NCBI GenBank assembly: GCA_951406725.2
Contig: OX597836.1
Coordinates: 20,894,001-20,958,000 of the forward strand
Length of the DNA stretch: 64,000 nt
From: Octopus vulgaris
Lineage: Eukaryota
Direction: 5' to 3'
The position numbers were made by a program, and so were the translations under genes. The notes beneath the pieces were generated by a model. That model saw only the letters and a list, made by a program, of their open reading frames with translations. It did not search any database and was not told the DNA's origin. How positions within the stretch are numbered: the stretch's first letter is position 1; each line of letters begins with the position of its first letter. Below, one piece after another: positions 40,586-54,822 of this stretch.

Positions 40586-41448
40586 TTTCCCACGCTGGCA
40601 TGTGTTGGATGGTTTGACATCTGATGAACCAAGGGGCTGTACCAAGCTCTAAAGTTTGCTTTGGTATGGTTTCTACAGCTGGATGGCCTTCCTAAAGCTA
40701 ACTTCTTCACACAGAGTTTACTGGGTGCTTTTTACAAGGCACCAGCAGTAGTAAGATCACAAGGCCGTTGTGAATGGTTAATGAGAGCCTAGGAAAAGTG
40801 AATATTATAAGGGTGATAGGAGGAGAGGTAAGTCAGTCTGGTGGTCAGAGATAGAGGTAGGATAAGACCTGCCAGTTTCATGGATCACAGGCCACTGTAA
40901 CACAGAAAAAACAATGGTGTGCTGTGAACATCCACTTATTTGTTTCAGGCACAGTATATCTAAGACTACATTATTTCATGTGTCTTTTCATTTTTCAAGA
41001 TAGTAGGGTAGTAGTAATCCAAAATAGATTTTGTTACTTTTTCTTGTAGGACAAGTGACCATACACAGCCCCCACAATAATTCATCCTATATGAGATGGC
41101 AAGGACAAGAGCTCAGTTTCAACCTGAAATTATGATTCATTCAATGGCATTCTAGCTGTGACTATGACCTTTTCTTTAGCACAGTATATCTAAGACTACA
41201 TTATCTCAAGTGTCCTTCCACTCAGACAGTATATCCAAAAGTTATTTGCTTGTGTCTTGGGTACACACCTTTTCCTATTTTTATTTTGCAGACTTGATTG
41301 TCTCGTTAAGTTCACTTCCCAGCCACAAGGTTTCTGATGCAGTCTCACAACATAGCATTTTGAGTAAGGGTCTTTTTCAATAGCCCCTAGTCAACAGAAG
41401 TCTTATGAGTGCATCTGAAGGTCAGAAACCGAAAGAAGCTGGTGTGTG

Positions 41449-41492
<44 letters not shown>

Positions 41493-41624
41493 TGTCTTCA
41501 TACCATATGGTGATGGTAAGCAATTGTTACTGTCATACAAATGGTGTCATTTGTTTCCTGCCTTCATAAAGTCATGTTTGGGTATAGGAAAATATCACCT
41601 TGGGTGGAAACTGGTGAATATTAA

Positions 41625-41933
41625 CCCTTTTGTTATCAACCTGGCTGAAACTGCCTCTGGCTCGGTAGTACAAATGTCTTGTTTTCAAAAATTCTGAATT
41701 AAAATCTTCCACCAAACCTTAGTCACAATTTATGTTCCTAACACTAGCTTAATGATGACTAAGTTATTTTACTAAATTCTTTGTTATATTTAAAATTAAT
41801 TGAAAGAAACACAGAGCATCTTAAAATAACACTAGCTTAATGATGACTAAGTTATTTTACTAAATTCTTTGTTATATTTATATTTAATTGAAAGAAACAC
41901 AGAGCATCTCAAAAGAAATACAGTAACGAAAGG
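41625..41933. mobile_element. piggyBac-type MITE P1 with an internal tandem duplication of about 88 bp
   Basis: Left end TTAA|CCCTTTTGTTATC. The segment aacactagcttaatgatgactaag...agagcatct occurs twice (about 41740-41827 and 41828-41915). Confidence 0.75.
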
Positions 41934-43168
41934 ATGTCCAGTCATGCAAGTGTGGAAAGCAAATGTGAACATGATGATGATGATAATAATGATGACAATG
42001 ATGTGTCTTTCCAAGACTGATAAAACCTATATATTTTTATTGATACAAATATCATCACCACCTCAATTTAGAAATACGCATACACATAGACACTTCTGTT
42101 TTACAGAACAGCTACAACAAATTATAATAACAATGGAAAAATAAAGAATTAAAAAAGAAACGTTAGAATAAAATAAAATAAAATAAAATAACAAACATGT
42201 CAAATCGTTGAATTAAATCCAAACGTAGGTGTAAAGAAAAAGAATGCACATACGCAAACACACTCACACATACAATACAAGACATAACTGTCTAATATTC
42301 ATTGATATGATTACAAGCCAGTCAGAATTTAAAATGAGATTCATTGAAATATTCCTGCTAAAATGTTTTAGTTTGGTATAAATGCAAATTTCTGTCAATT
42401 TTATGTCAAATTTAAAACTTTTTTTTGTTTCTTTTCACTCCAAGATTATAATATATATATATCCTTTTCAATCTCTAGGTTAATATGATTTTCCCAATGT
42501 AAGGTAATAGCTGTATCAGTTATGGAATTGCTTCATTTGGACATATCAGCATAATCTTTCTTGATAAACAAGACATTATATACATTCTAAATATACAGAG
42601 GGTGGTTCTGGGGTCATGACGAGGATGACAACAACAAAAGAAAATATCTACAAAGAGGAAAGAGATATTACAAAAACAAAAATAGATTTTCTTTTAGAAT
42701 GCATTTTGTGAAATAACACACAACCTCCAATAATAGGAATTAATAAAAATTAACAAAAAAGAAAGAAGAGAAATTTGAGTGAAATATTATGTAAGAGATG
42801 CCTTAATTGAAGCTATGAAAATGTGAGGTATTGACTGGGACAACTGATATAATGTGCTAAAAAGGATAAATATTTTCATATCAAAAACTGATAAAAATAA
42901 AGCATTTTAGACTTTTTAAAAAAAATATTACCACGAAAAGAAACAAAACAAATACGAATAAAAAAAACTATGCAAATTTTAATCCAAACTTTTTGAAGAT
43001 ATTCCCTGGAAAATTTTATTCTGGATTTCATTTTATTGTAACTTAATGAAAATGTAAATATAAAGGAGTGGCTGTGTGGTAAGAAGCTTGTTTCCCAACC
43101 ACATGATTCTGGCATGTAGCACTTTGGGCTACTAGTAATATTACTGCTACTACTACTACTACTACTAC

Positions 43169-43200
<32 letters not shown>

Positions 43201-43390
43201 GTAATGATAATAATAATAATTACAACAACAACACTGATAACAATAATGATGATAATGGTAATGCTCATGTTGATATTGATACTAGAAACGACAGTAATAA
43301 TAGCAGCAATATTACGATTGATTCACTTAATACCACCCTAGCCACTACCAGCACTACCTCATCTCTCCAATTAACCACCGTAGAATCAAT

Positions 43391-43822
43391 AACTGCAACT
43401 GCAAATCCAGGACAGATTGCCCGCTGCAAGCTCAATGCAGAAGATTCAACGTTGTATACCAATGCCCTGTTCACATGGTAAATAACTCCTGTAGCTACTA
43501 CAGTGGTTCTAGCACCAATTTTAAACAAAGGTATTACGCACATTTAAACTCATTTAAATATAAGGAGAATAGTAATTCCACATCACTAGCCAGCCATATA
43601 CACCATCTAATTAATAGAAAAATACAGTATAAACTTTCCTGGGCTATAATAGATTTGGGTACCCCATATCAGAGCCAACATTCTAGTTGTGGACTTTGCT
43701 TAAAGAAGCTCTCAAAATTCTAACTCACAACTCACCACAATTGCTTAATAAATATGAGGCCTTCACTACATGTAAGAACAAATTCTTCTGCACTTTTAAA
43801 TTCTTTCATAAAACTAAATGTA
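43391..43822 (+). mobile_element. Penelope-like element GIY-YIG endonuclease remnant
   Basis: NCNCKSRTDCPLQAQCRRFNVVYQC..YYSGSSTNFKQRYYAHLNSF..STSLASHIHHL..YKLSWAII..PYQ..CGLCL-(frameshift)-EALKIL..LLNK..C. This is the CxC..CPL..C linker plus GIY-YIG pattern typical of PLE ORF C-termini. Confidence 0.8.
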
Positions 43823-44271
43823 AGCTCACCCCCACATACATACCTATATGATCATTAATGCATACCCCTTCTATATCTCTATAACTCTTATTTCTACCTT
43901 ATGTCCTACCTCATACTTATCTACCGTACCTCATCACACTATGAGATAAATATTAACTCTTCAATTTATCCTTAATTCAATAAATCTCCTACTTTAAACC
44001 TATAACTCTAACTCCCACTCATAAATAATTTAACATTCAACTAGCTCTTCTTTTCATAACTACCTATGCACACACCAACCCACTGCTAAAAATAGCTCTA
44101 CAGCCACTGACCTTGGTCAGGATGGACACAAGCAATTGCTTCCAAATCTCCTCCCCGGTAGTAGATGTCTGGTTTGAAACTACCAGACATCTACTACTCT
44201 CTTTAAATTCCTTTCATTTTGCTCTATTTTTATTTACCCTATCTTCCTCTACCTCTTCATCATCTCTCTTA

Positions 44272-44437
44272 TAATAATAATAATAATTGTGTACAGTGCT
44301 CAGGTGCACTACAACTCATCTAAAGTATATATATAATCAGGTGTAGTTTCGGCGGATTTCGGAAAGCATGAGGACCTTAAAGGATGCAGTGTCATGGCAG
44401 TCAACAACTGATGCAGGCAGTTTATTCCATGCTTCAT
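44272..44437 (-). mobile_element. CR1-like LINE extreme 3' end with (ATT)n tail
   Basis: Minus strand reads EAWNKLPASVVDCHDTASFKV (WNxLP..VV....SFK motif), followed by a short UTR and (ATT)n. Confidence 0.7.
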
Positions 44438-44900
44438 TCCATGCTTATATTCTCAGCTACCCCTGTACACAATTCTTAGACACCCATACACCTTACTTTC
44501 TCCTACAGCCAATCCTTAACCCCCCCACACACACACACACACTTTATCTCTCTTTCTATTTATTTCCTTTTCTTTACTTTACTTTTACCAATTAACAGCC
44601 ATCTCTGCTACCATTCTGTTATTGAATGTATTTTTCTTGGTATGTCTATTATATCAGGACATTAACCCACATGGATATGTGCAGGATTGCACCTAACAAC
44701 TTATGCTCATGAATTTATTGCAGGATTGCACCTAAGGGACACATGCTTTGATTTCCATAACTTCAGAAAGTTCTGCTATGAACTTTTATGCTTCTTTTTT
44801 CTTCTCTTTTTCCATCTCCTTATTCCTTTACTCCCTTCGTCTATGTTGTCATCTTATTGATATATACCATTCTCATTTTCCATATTTTTTCCCCTAATTT

Positions 44901-44940
44901 GTCTCTGATGACAGAATATCCCATAAACAGCTGGAAGATT
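44901..44940 (+). ncRNA. Decayed minimal type-I hammerhead ribozyme motif of the Penelope-like element
   Basis: GTCT-CTGATGA-(stem II region)-tAAA-CAGCTG-gA-AGAT. CUGAUGA is intact, while GAAA and the cleavage triplet are mutated. It lies about 1.1 kb downstream of the GIY-YIG remnant on the same strand. Confidence 0.45.
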
Positions 44941-45017
44941 CCAAATTTCTTCCTTTGATAATATTGTATGCAACTTGAGATGTTTGCCTTGCCTTAATGT
45001 TTGACATCCTGTTTAAC

Positions 45018-45087
<70 letters not shown>

Positions 45088-45694
45088 TTGTGTGTCTGTG
45101 TTTGTCCTCCCACCATCACTTGACAACTGATGTTAGTGTGTTTACATCCCCATAAACTGGCGGTTCAGCAAAAGAGACCGATAGAATAAATACTAAGCTT
45201 ACAAAGAATAAGTCCTGGGGTCAATTTGTTCAACTAATGGTGGTGCTCCAGCACGGCCACATTCAAATGACTCAAACAAAAGAATAAATAAAAGAAAAGA
45301 AAAAATGTTTATACATACACACACACATTGTCACCATCAACTTTATATCGCTTTCCAGTTCCATATCAATTACCCCCTACACACACTCACTTATATAATG
45401 CAAGGTAGCCATGTACCTCTTCTACAGCAAAATATCTATTCCAGCCCCTTCTCCCTCTCTGCTGTAGATCTACTCAGTCAAGTGTGATTTTAGTCTTGCA
45501 AGCTACACAGTATCCTCCCTAGTGTTGGTGCCAATCCAAAAACAGCCAGAACAGTTTGTGATGTGGATGGTATTAGAAAGAGCATTCAGCAGTAGAAACC
45601 ATGCCAAAGAAGACACATCAGATCTTGTCAGATTCTAAGATGAACTTTATATTATCCTACCCAAGGACATAAAATATCTATTTTTTTATAAATG

Positions 45695-46060
45695 CAGGCA
45701 TGGCTTGTATGGTAAGAAGTTTGCTTCCCAACAACATGGTTCCAAGTACAGTCCCACAGTGTGGAACCATGGGCAAGTGTCTTCTACTATAGCCTTGGGT
45801 CAACCAAAACCTTGTGAGTGGATTTGGTAGAGGGAAACTGAAAGAAGCCTGTCATGTGTGTGAGTGTGTGTGTGCATGCATATGTTTTTGTGTATGTGTT
45901 TATCTTTCACCACAGCTTAACAATTGATGTTTGTGTGCTTACATTCCCATATCTTATCAGTTCATTGAAAAAGACTGATAAAATAAGTACCAGGCTTTAA
46001 AAGACAAAAAATTCCTCAAGCTGGTACCCCAGCATGGCTGCACACAGTCTAATGACTGCT
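45695..46060 (+). mobile_element. SINE family A, diverged (a further 3' half lies at about 45080-45290)
   Basis: Head, body and tail motifs are recognisable. Confidence 0.75.
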
Positions 46061-46270
46061 ATTGTTATGCTTAGAGCTCCATGTAGATTATCTTCATCCA
46101 GTCTGATTCCAGTAGAGTGGATAAGCAATTAATATACTCAGAAGTATTATTACTAGTTATGATATAAAAAGCAGATGTAGGAGAAATTACAATGAGTACA
46201 ATTTTATATCATTGGTTCTTTTGTATGGTTTACCATTCTGATTGTTTGGAACTCTGCATTGGATGTTCCA

Positions 46271-46660
<390 letters not shown>

Positions 46661-47117
46661 AGTAGACACTGAATTGTCAAAACAGCTATATAGGATTACC
46701 GTGGATTACCTCTGTTCTTAATATTTCATGTAACATTTGTGTATTCAAACAAATATTTACATCCGTTCAAATATATTTGGGATGTATTTGACATGTAAAA
46801 CAGTCAGTTTTCAGTGCAGTCTGATATGGAAACAATTCTCAAATCACCAACAGCCATATCACGGCATCCTCCACTGGAATGATGAAATGCATTTTAAACT
46901 GGAATACAGATAATGCTGGTGTTCGTCAAGTCTTTCACTGATTTTGGTCACTGGATTGTGATCAGACTGGAGCACTGTCTTCCAAAGATTTGGTCTATTG
47001 CATCAACTTCAATACTTAATTCAAGCTTATAATCATTTCTCACTATTTACCAAACTGCTAAGCCATATCCTTTTTGGAATGTAATTTGATGCACTGATTT
47101 ATACTAGAGCACGCACG

Positions 47118-47151
<34 letters not shown>

Positions 47152-48203
47152 TACATATGTAATTGAATTCCCATCGGTTCTGATGAGGGTTCAAATGTTC
47201 AATCAACTAAAACTATCTCCTCATCAAAGTAGTAAGTGGCTGAGAATTCCACAGACATGTAACCTTAATGTTACAGAACCAGTGTAATACTGTGTGGCAA
47301 GGATGCACCTTTAAATCACAGACAGTCTATTTAATGACCCTCCACACTGGTTCTACTCATTTAATTTCATGGTTACAGAAATGGACACTTTCTCAAGATG
47401 CCACCCACTGGGATTGAAACCCAAATCTCATGATTGCAAAATGAACTTCTTAAAATTATGATCATGGTACATCCTTATCATCATCATCGTCATTGATTGT
47501 AACATCCACTGGTCAGACAGAAAACATTGGATAGATACACTTCTTGTCACCAGCTCTCACCTGTTTCCAAGAAAGGGAGTATTTCCTTTTGGCCAGACAC
47601 GTTTGTCATTGAAGATTGGAAATGAATGACATTGCTTGTATGATGGTGATATTTAGAAGCATTACACGATGCAAAGCCACACACACATGTACACACACAG
47701 CTAACATCACTAGAGTTATACGCCCACTTTCCATGTTGGAGCATGGGTTAGACAGGTTGCTGCAGTTGGAGTCAGCATATATTTAGGAATACTGTAGTTT
47801 GGAAAACTGTATGTATATATATTTATGGTATGCTGCACACATGCATGTATGTGTATCTATGTATGCATGTACATATATACACATGAACGTATGTATATGT
47901 ATGTATACATGTACATATATCATCACCATCATGTGTGTGCATGTATCTGTGCATTATACAAATATATGAGCCTATGTTGTCTTGTATAAAACAAGCATAT
48001 ATATCTACAATGTTTTATATACAAGTGTATGCATTTATGATATTATCAACCTATATCTCCTCTGTGTGTGTGTGTATGTGTACACATTATATATACACAC
48101 ACACACATATATATATGTGTGCATATATATATATGTGTGTGTGTGTGTGTATATATGTGTACACACACACACACATATATATATATGTAGCATGTGATGA
48201 TGA

Positions 48204-48251
<48 letters not shown>

Positions 48252-48857
48252 CACTCTAATGATAATAGGATTTTATTATGTTTGTAAAATGCTTATAGCT
48301 GAATAATTTTCCAGCTTTCGGTTTAATTTTATTTACTTATTTTTTAATTAACGAGGCAATTTAGGTTAATTATTTGAAATCAATGCAGCAATTAATACAG
48401 CTAATGGTCTAAAATAACCTAAAGAAATAGCCAATATCTGACATAAATATAACACCAATACAAGTTGGTTTATTATAGAAACATTGAGGTGTTTCTATAA
48501 TAAGCCAATTCAATTCAATGGAAATCTACCTCTTGCTAGGCTTAATCTATGCAATCTTTCATGAAATATTGAAGAAAATCTTCACCAATTATTTAAAATT
48601 CTATTGTATCGTTATGTGCCTATGAATATATTCTGCATGGTAGTGGGGTTAAGAAATTTGCTTTACAACCATGTGGTTTTGGGTTCAACCCCACAACATG
48701 GCATCTCAGGTAATTGTTTTTTGCACTATAGCCTCAAGATAACTAACGTTTTTATAGGTGAAACTAGTAGACAGAAACTGTGCTGAATCTCACTCTTCAT
48801 ATATACACAGACAATGTGTGTGTGTATGCATGTATGAGCTTTTCAAACTACTAATGT

Positions 48858-48988
48858 ACAAAACAGGCCAATAATTGTAGAATATTGGGTGTATAAAACT
48901 GGCAAATAGTCATAGAATGTTGCATGTATAAAACTGACCGGTAATTTGTGGGAATAAAATTGACCAATGACTGTAAAATGTTGGGTGT
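48858..48988. repeat. Degenerate minisatellite, about 35-bp unit, about 4 copies
   Basis: Unit approximately ATAAAACTGGCCAATAATTGTAGAATGTTGGGTGT. Confidence 0.65.
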
Positions 48989-48992
48989 TTAA

Positions 48993-49617
48993 CACTTTAG
49001 CATTTAAACTGGTCATATCCAGCCCAAATATTCTACCTGTTTTATGTTCAAACCAGCCAGATCCAGCCTATCACACTAACCCTTCAATGTCATTTTAAAA
49101 ATATAATCACATCATCAAAATTTTGAAGCTACAAGATAGATAATGCATGATTAATTAAAAACAATTGTCATCATCATCATTTAATGTCCACTTTCCATGC
49201 TAGCATGGGTTGGACGATTTGACTAAGGGCTGGCGAACCAGATAGCTGCCCCAGGCTCCAATCTTGATCTGGCAGAGTTTCTACAACTGGATGCCCTTCC
49301 TAACGCCAACCACTCCGAGACTGAATGTAAAAACATTACACTTGACAGAATAATCAGAATGCTAATGATAAAAATGATAAAGATCCTTCATGAATCATAC
49401 AGACCCATAGAGCTGATTTCCTGGATTCTGTGAAGCATATATTCTCCCCCTGGATGGGATGCTAGTCCATCGCAAGATTACTCATTTTACCAGCTGAGTA
49501 AACTGAAGAAATGTAAAATGAAGTGTTTTGCTCAAGAACACAACACAATCTTATGATCATGAATTCAACACCCTAACCACTAAGCCATGTTCCTCCATTA
49601 ATCTGAATGCTAAAGGG
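48993..49617. mobile_element. TTAA-flanked MITE family P2 with nested RTE-tail and SINE insertions
   Basis: TTAA|CACTTTAGCATT ... GAATGCTAAAGGG ends. The body matches 59497-59713, and an (ATC)n-tailed insertion occupies about 49168-49320. Confidence 0.65.
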
Positions 49618-51114
49618 TTTAAATTCGAAATAGAATGTTTTATGAAAGTTTATCTAAACAAATATAAGAAAATGTATGAAAAATTATATTTTTTATTTAG
49701 TGATTTTGTTAATTCATGTTTCTATATCAGTAGAGGCTAAATATGCCTAAGCATGCAGCTGCTAGTGGGTGCTTGCTATTGATAATCATCATCATCATCA
49801 ACATTTAACATCCGTTTCCATGCTGCTTTGGGTAAGATGGCTTGACAGGAGCTGGCAAGGCCAGAGCCACAAGGTTCCATAGTCTATTTTGGCTTGGTTT
49901 CTAGAGCTGGATGCTTTTCCTAATGCCAACCACTCCACAGAGTGTAGTGGGTACTTTTTCCATGGCACCATCACAAGTGCTTTTTATGTAACACTAGCAC
50001 TAGTGCTTTTCACATGGCACCAGTGCCCACAACAATGCTTTTTATATGGCACCTTGGTTTTAGGATCTCAGTTCTGTTGTGGTGGTGGGCAAGTCTTCTC
50101 AAGTGCAGTAATGTGACACCTTTCTCAGTCTACCACCACTGCTAGACAATTTTTGTTTGCTACTGATATTCTTCAGTGTTTTTTTAGCACTATACATCTA
50201 TACGAAATGCTTTCTTGAAATAAATAATGCAGTTGTGTAGCCTTCAACAGTACATCCGTTTTGAGTGAGATACACAGAATGCTATTAGAATATCGAAGAA
50301 ATATAAAGAAAAATGTTCGTAATGACCTCTCTCTCTCTCTTTCTCCCTTAAAGGTAGGAGAAGCTTAAGGGGGCTACAAGCCCTTTTAATTCTCTCCTAC
50401 CTTCCTACTTTTTAGGGAACTTAATATATATATGTACTTAGAAAGATACTGATCTTAACCTTAAAGTAGTACTCCAACTATCAAACCTACTAACTGTGGC
50501 AACACAATTTTTTTTTTTTCAGATCAGAGCCAAACATCAAAACTTGAAGAAATCAGGGAAAGGAAAAGAAAACAAAAGAAAGAACGAAAGAAAAATTTTA
50601 AAGAAAGAACAGTTTCAAAGATGGATGATAATTTGATAACAGTTTACCTTTACCATAAGTTAAAAAAAAGACAAAAACAAAACAAAAAAAAGATTTCTAT
50701 TTTTAGTCCATCTAAATAAAGATTAATAATAATAATAACAATAATAAGACCAGGAATAAAATTCTTCAATATTTTTAGTTTTTAAAATGTACGAAACAGT
50801 AAATCTAGGTTGCTGAGAAACATTAATGACTGGTTAATATCCATTAAGGAAGAAACCAAAATAATATTTGCTGTTTTAAAAGGAAATTTGGACAGTGTTC
50901 AAATATTAAAGAATATGTGTTTTTTATGGCTTTTTTTTGGTTTGTCTATTTTATTTATTTCTATTTTTTTCTTTGGTAGTTTTTTTTCTTTACCTTCTTA
51001 ATCATATCTAGTGATGTAGTATTTGCTGTTGATGTGTAAGGGAGCTGATTTAATCTATTATCTTAGTTTTATCTGTTTTGACTGTCTTTCTCTCTCTGTA
51101 TGTGTGTGTGTGTT

Positions 51115-51155
<41 letters not shown>

Positions 51156-51735
51156 TCTACATTTTACTTGTTTCCATCATTAGATTGTGGCCATGCTGGG
51201 GCACTACCCTGAAGAACATTCAGTTGAATAAATTGACCCCGGCACATTTTAAAAAAAAAAACCCTGGTACTTATTCTATCAGTCTTGTTTGCTGAACTGC
51301 TAAGTTACAGGGACATAAACACACCAACTCCAATTGTTAAGCAGTCAAGGTGGACAAACACAAAGGCACAAACACATAGATACTGAGTGATTAATCAACC
51401 AACAGATAGGTAACCAGACAGACAGACAGGTAGATAGATATAAATACATTCATTTTAAATTCGTTTTTTTTCTATACTTGCATGGGTTGAACAAATACAT
51501 GTTGAAGCATTGTTTCACAAGCTGATGTCCTTCCCATCTCTAACACCAAGTAAGAGGATTGCACTTGGCTGCATCACTGCAGAGCTAGAAGATGATTTTA
51601 TTGGTAGTGAATGTTAACAAACAACAAAGTTGTTAACTCACTACTTTTATGTGAAGCATAGAATATCAGCATTCATCCAAATACATTAGTTGGTCTTATA
51701 CTAAATTAGCATACATTTACACATATTTTATATGC

Positions 51736-51931
51736 CATATTTTCTGGCATATAAGCTGAGTTTTTCGGATTAGAATTTACAATCAAAAGAGGTAGGTTGA
51801 CTTATATACACCAAGACAGCTTTAGAGGAGCAAAAATTCCAAGTGAAATGTAGCAAAATTAGAAAAGATAGTAACGATGTTTGAATGTTTACACTATATA
51901 CTACATCAATTTGTATACTGGAAAATATGGT
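51736..51931. mobile_element. pogo/Tigger-like MITE relic
   Basis: Inverted ends CCATATTTTCTGGCATATAAG / TTGTATACTGGAAAATATGG. Confidence 0.45.
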
Positions 51932-51939
51932 GACCTTGT

Positions 51940-52225
51940 CGGTGTTAGTGCCACGTAAAAAGGCACCCAGTCCACTCTGTAATGTGGTTGGCAGTAGGAA
52001 GGGCATCCAACCATAAAAACCATTCCAAAACAGACTTCACCAGTGTTGGTGCTACGTAAAAAAAAGCATCCAATCCACTCTGTAAAGTGGTTGGCATTAG
52101 GAAGGGCATCCAGCTGTAAAAACATGCCAAAACAATGGAACTCGGTACAGTCCTCTGGTTTGTCAGCTCCTGTCAAACTGTCTAACCCATGCCAGTATAG
52201 AAAACAGACACTAAATGATGATGAT
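51940..52225 (+). mobile_element. RTE-type 3' UTR with an internal duplication
   Basis: gtgccacgtaaaaaggcacc..tggttggca.taggaagggcatcca occurs twice, then the (GAT)n tail. Confidence 0.7.
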
Positions 52226-54058
52226 ATACATGTGTGTGTACACACACACATTCCCCTGGTCTTTTTGACAACAAACCACGCAACAGCCAGACATGATTTT
52301 AATGTAGACATAAACATTAACACTGCCTAAATGGCAACATGGTAACATTGTTTTATGCTTTAAACATGCAAAACAATGTCAAAACACAGATAGGAAGACA
52401 GACATACAAATACTTGCAGGATCTAATACAGCTTCTGCCTATCAATTTCATTCACAATGTGTTAGTTACCTGGAGGCTATAGAAGAAGACACTTGGCCAA
52501 GGTGCTACAGAGCAAGTACAAATTCAAAACCATAAGGTTACAAAGCCAAGTTCTTTACCATACAGTTATGTCTGTACCAATTCCAGAATATTCCATTTTA
52601 AACTATTTCTGTATAAACATCTTCAAACTGGCTTTATTATGTTAATCCTATTTCTTCATCTTAGAAGGCTTTAAACAAAAAAAAACCCAGCTCTTTATGC
52701 ACATCTTTCCCCCATTGATAAAGAAATGGAAAAGAAAATTGCTTACATAATGTGAAAGGGAGAGAGAAATAGCTAATATACGACATAAACATTGAGGACA
52801 GTTTGGATGTAATCTCACTCAACAATAACAACACCTTCTGCGACCGCCACCACCCTCACCATCACCATAAAGAATTATTTGTCTTATGTCATTATCCAAA
52901 CTCAGAGCTGCAAAATATGGGAGGTCACAGTTAAAAAATTTGCAAAGATCAAATGGTTTTCATTAGAGAGGTTTGCTCGGAAAAAGTCCATGCCAGTTAC
53001 TGTGACCACCTCATTACTGGAAAAACTTTTTCCAGCAAATCTAATCAACATCCAAGACAGAACAAAGAATCTGGTTATGTTTTTGTGTACCTGTGCCTGT
53101 CAAATTGCTATTTTTAATAATATAAGAAACTCATATAAAATTTTATGTTGATGCCACAACCCTAATATGAGTTTCTGCAAATAGGGTTGCTCTGATGCTT
53201 GGTCTTGTCTTTTGCTTCTCTTTTTCTTTTTTCTTAACCCATTTACTTTCTTTTATGTCTTTATTGCTTTTAGTTATTGAACTGCAGCCATGCTGGGGGG
53301 ACTACTTTTAAGAGTTTTAGTTAATCATATTGACCAATACTTGCTCTACCATCACCTTTGCTCTACTTTCCGTCATCATTCCCACCTGGTACATGTTATT
53401 GATATCCATCATTAACTTTCACTATTTTCTGGGCTCTTGGACTCATAACACCAGTTACATGGCTTACATGGTATATAGGTGACTGAGATCACATCATTCC
53501 CCCACTCCTGAATGAGATGCTGATACACTGCAGAGTTCAATGCCAGAAGTTTTGATAGGAGGGAGCAAGTCACTTACATCAACCCCAATACTTGACTGGT
53601 ACTTTATTCTATTGATTCCAAAGGGATAAATGGCAAGCTGACATCGGTGTTAAGAACTCAGTACATAAATATCTAGAGGAAATGCAGCTTGGCATTTTTG
53701 TCTGACATGCTAATGATTCTGCCAGTTTACCACCTACTCTTACCATTATTCACCTTTATTACTATCCAGCCCTCTCTCCCATGCCCAACCAGTCTGTTTC
53801 TATTATCATGCTCTTGTTCCTTTCAACCATCAGTCCTAGTTCTTTTTTCATTGCTCTCTCTTCTGTTCACCTTCTCAAACACATTGCCTTAAGATAATAT
53901 GAACATGTCATAGAAAATAGAGAACTCCTAACTCTTACAGGGTACAAGGCAACTTCACTAGTGCTGGTGCCATTAATAAAATGCACTTGGTACATTCTGT
54001 TAAGTGGTTGATGATAGTAAGGGCATCTGGCCATAGAAAACAAGTCAAATATGAAAAG

Positions 54059-54822
54059 TATTGGGTTGTCAGAAAATTCATTCACTCCCCACCCAATTAT
54101 TTTAGTCATTTTTCATCAACAATTTTAATAAATCAGCCAATAATATATTCTCCCTTATTGTTCATGATTCCTTGCTAGTGTTCTGCTAGCTTGTCAATGC
54201 CTTGATGATAGAAATCACTGGGTCTTGACTCAAAGAATTCATTGAGTCACATTTACAGTTTCATGTTGCAGTTGAACAAAATACCTCGCAGACTGTTGGA
54301 GTGTGAGCGTAAAATATGATCATTTGAAAGTGCTATATCGGGAGAATTTGGCAAGTGCAGTAGAACTTCATAACAAAGTTCTCAAATAGCATTTTTGGTC
54401 AATTTAGCAGAAGTGGGCATTGTTGTGTTGAAGTACACCATGTTGCTGGTTGGGTTGTTTTAGCTGGATTGCCTTGATAAGCAATAAAACATTATGATGA
54501 AAGTAAAATATTCACTTCCTAAAAGTGGATGCTGTGTTAGAACACACAAACACTGCAATATTTACCAAGAGAAAAAAAAACTTCCATATGGTTTTAAGGA
54601 GCATAAAAGCACATCATACCTATTGCCAACAGCAGACAATCACCACTACTGCTGCTGCCAGAACTACCAGATCACATAATTTTAGCCTCTTTTGATGGTG
54701 AATATTTTACCTTTTGCTATTAATACTGTTTATGTCATTCTATTTACTATGATATAAGTACTTTTGTTGTTAATTCAAATAATATTGGAAAGAAATAAAA
54801 GAACATATCTGGGAACCCAATA
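54059..54822 (-). mobile_element. Internally deleted mariner relic
   Basis: Ends TATTGGGTTG / AACCCAATA. Minus-strand peptide EVLLHLPNSPDIALSNDHIL..LNEFFESRPSDFYHQGIDKL..IMNNKGEYII. Confidence 0.75.

Noticed and set aside
47176-47210. CTGATGAG hammerhead-like start
   Set aside because: No downstream GAAA or helix-III element, and it lies in a decayed SINE-like repeat.
48858-48988. Repeats of about 35 bp, superficially CRISPR-sized
   Set aside because: Head-to-tail degenerate units without unique spacers, in eukaryotic DNA with no cas genes. A minisatellite.
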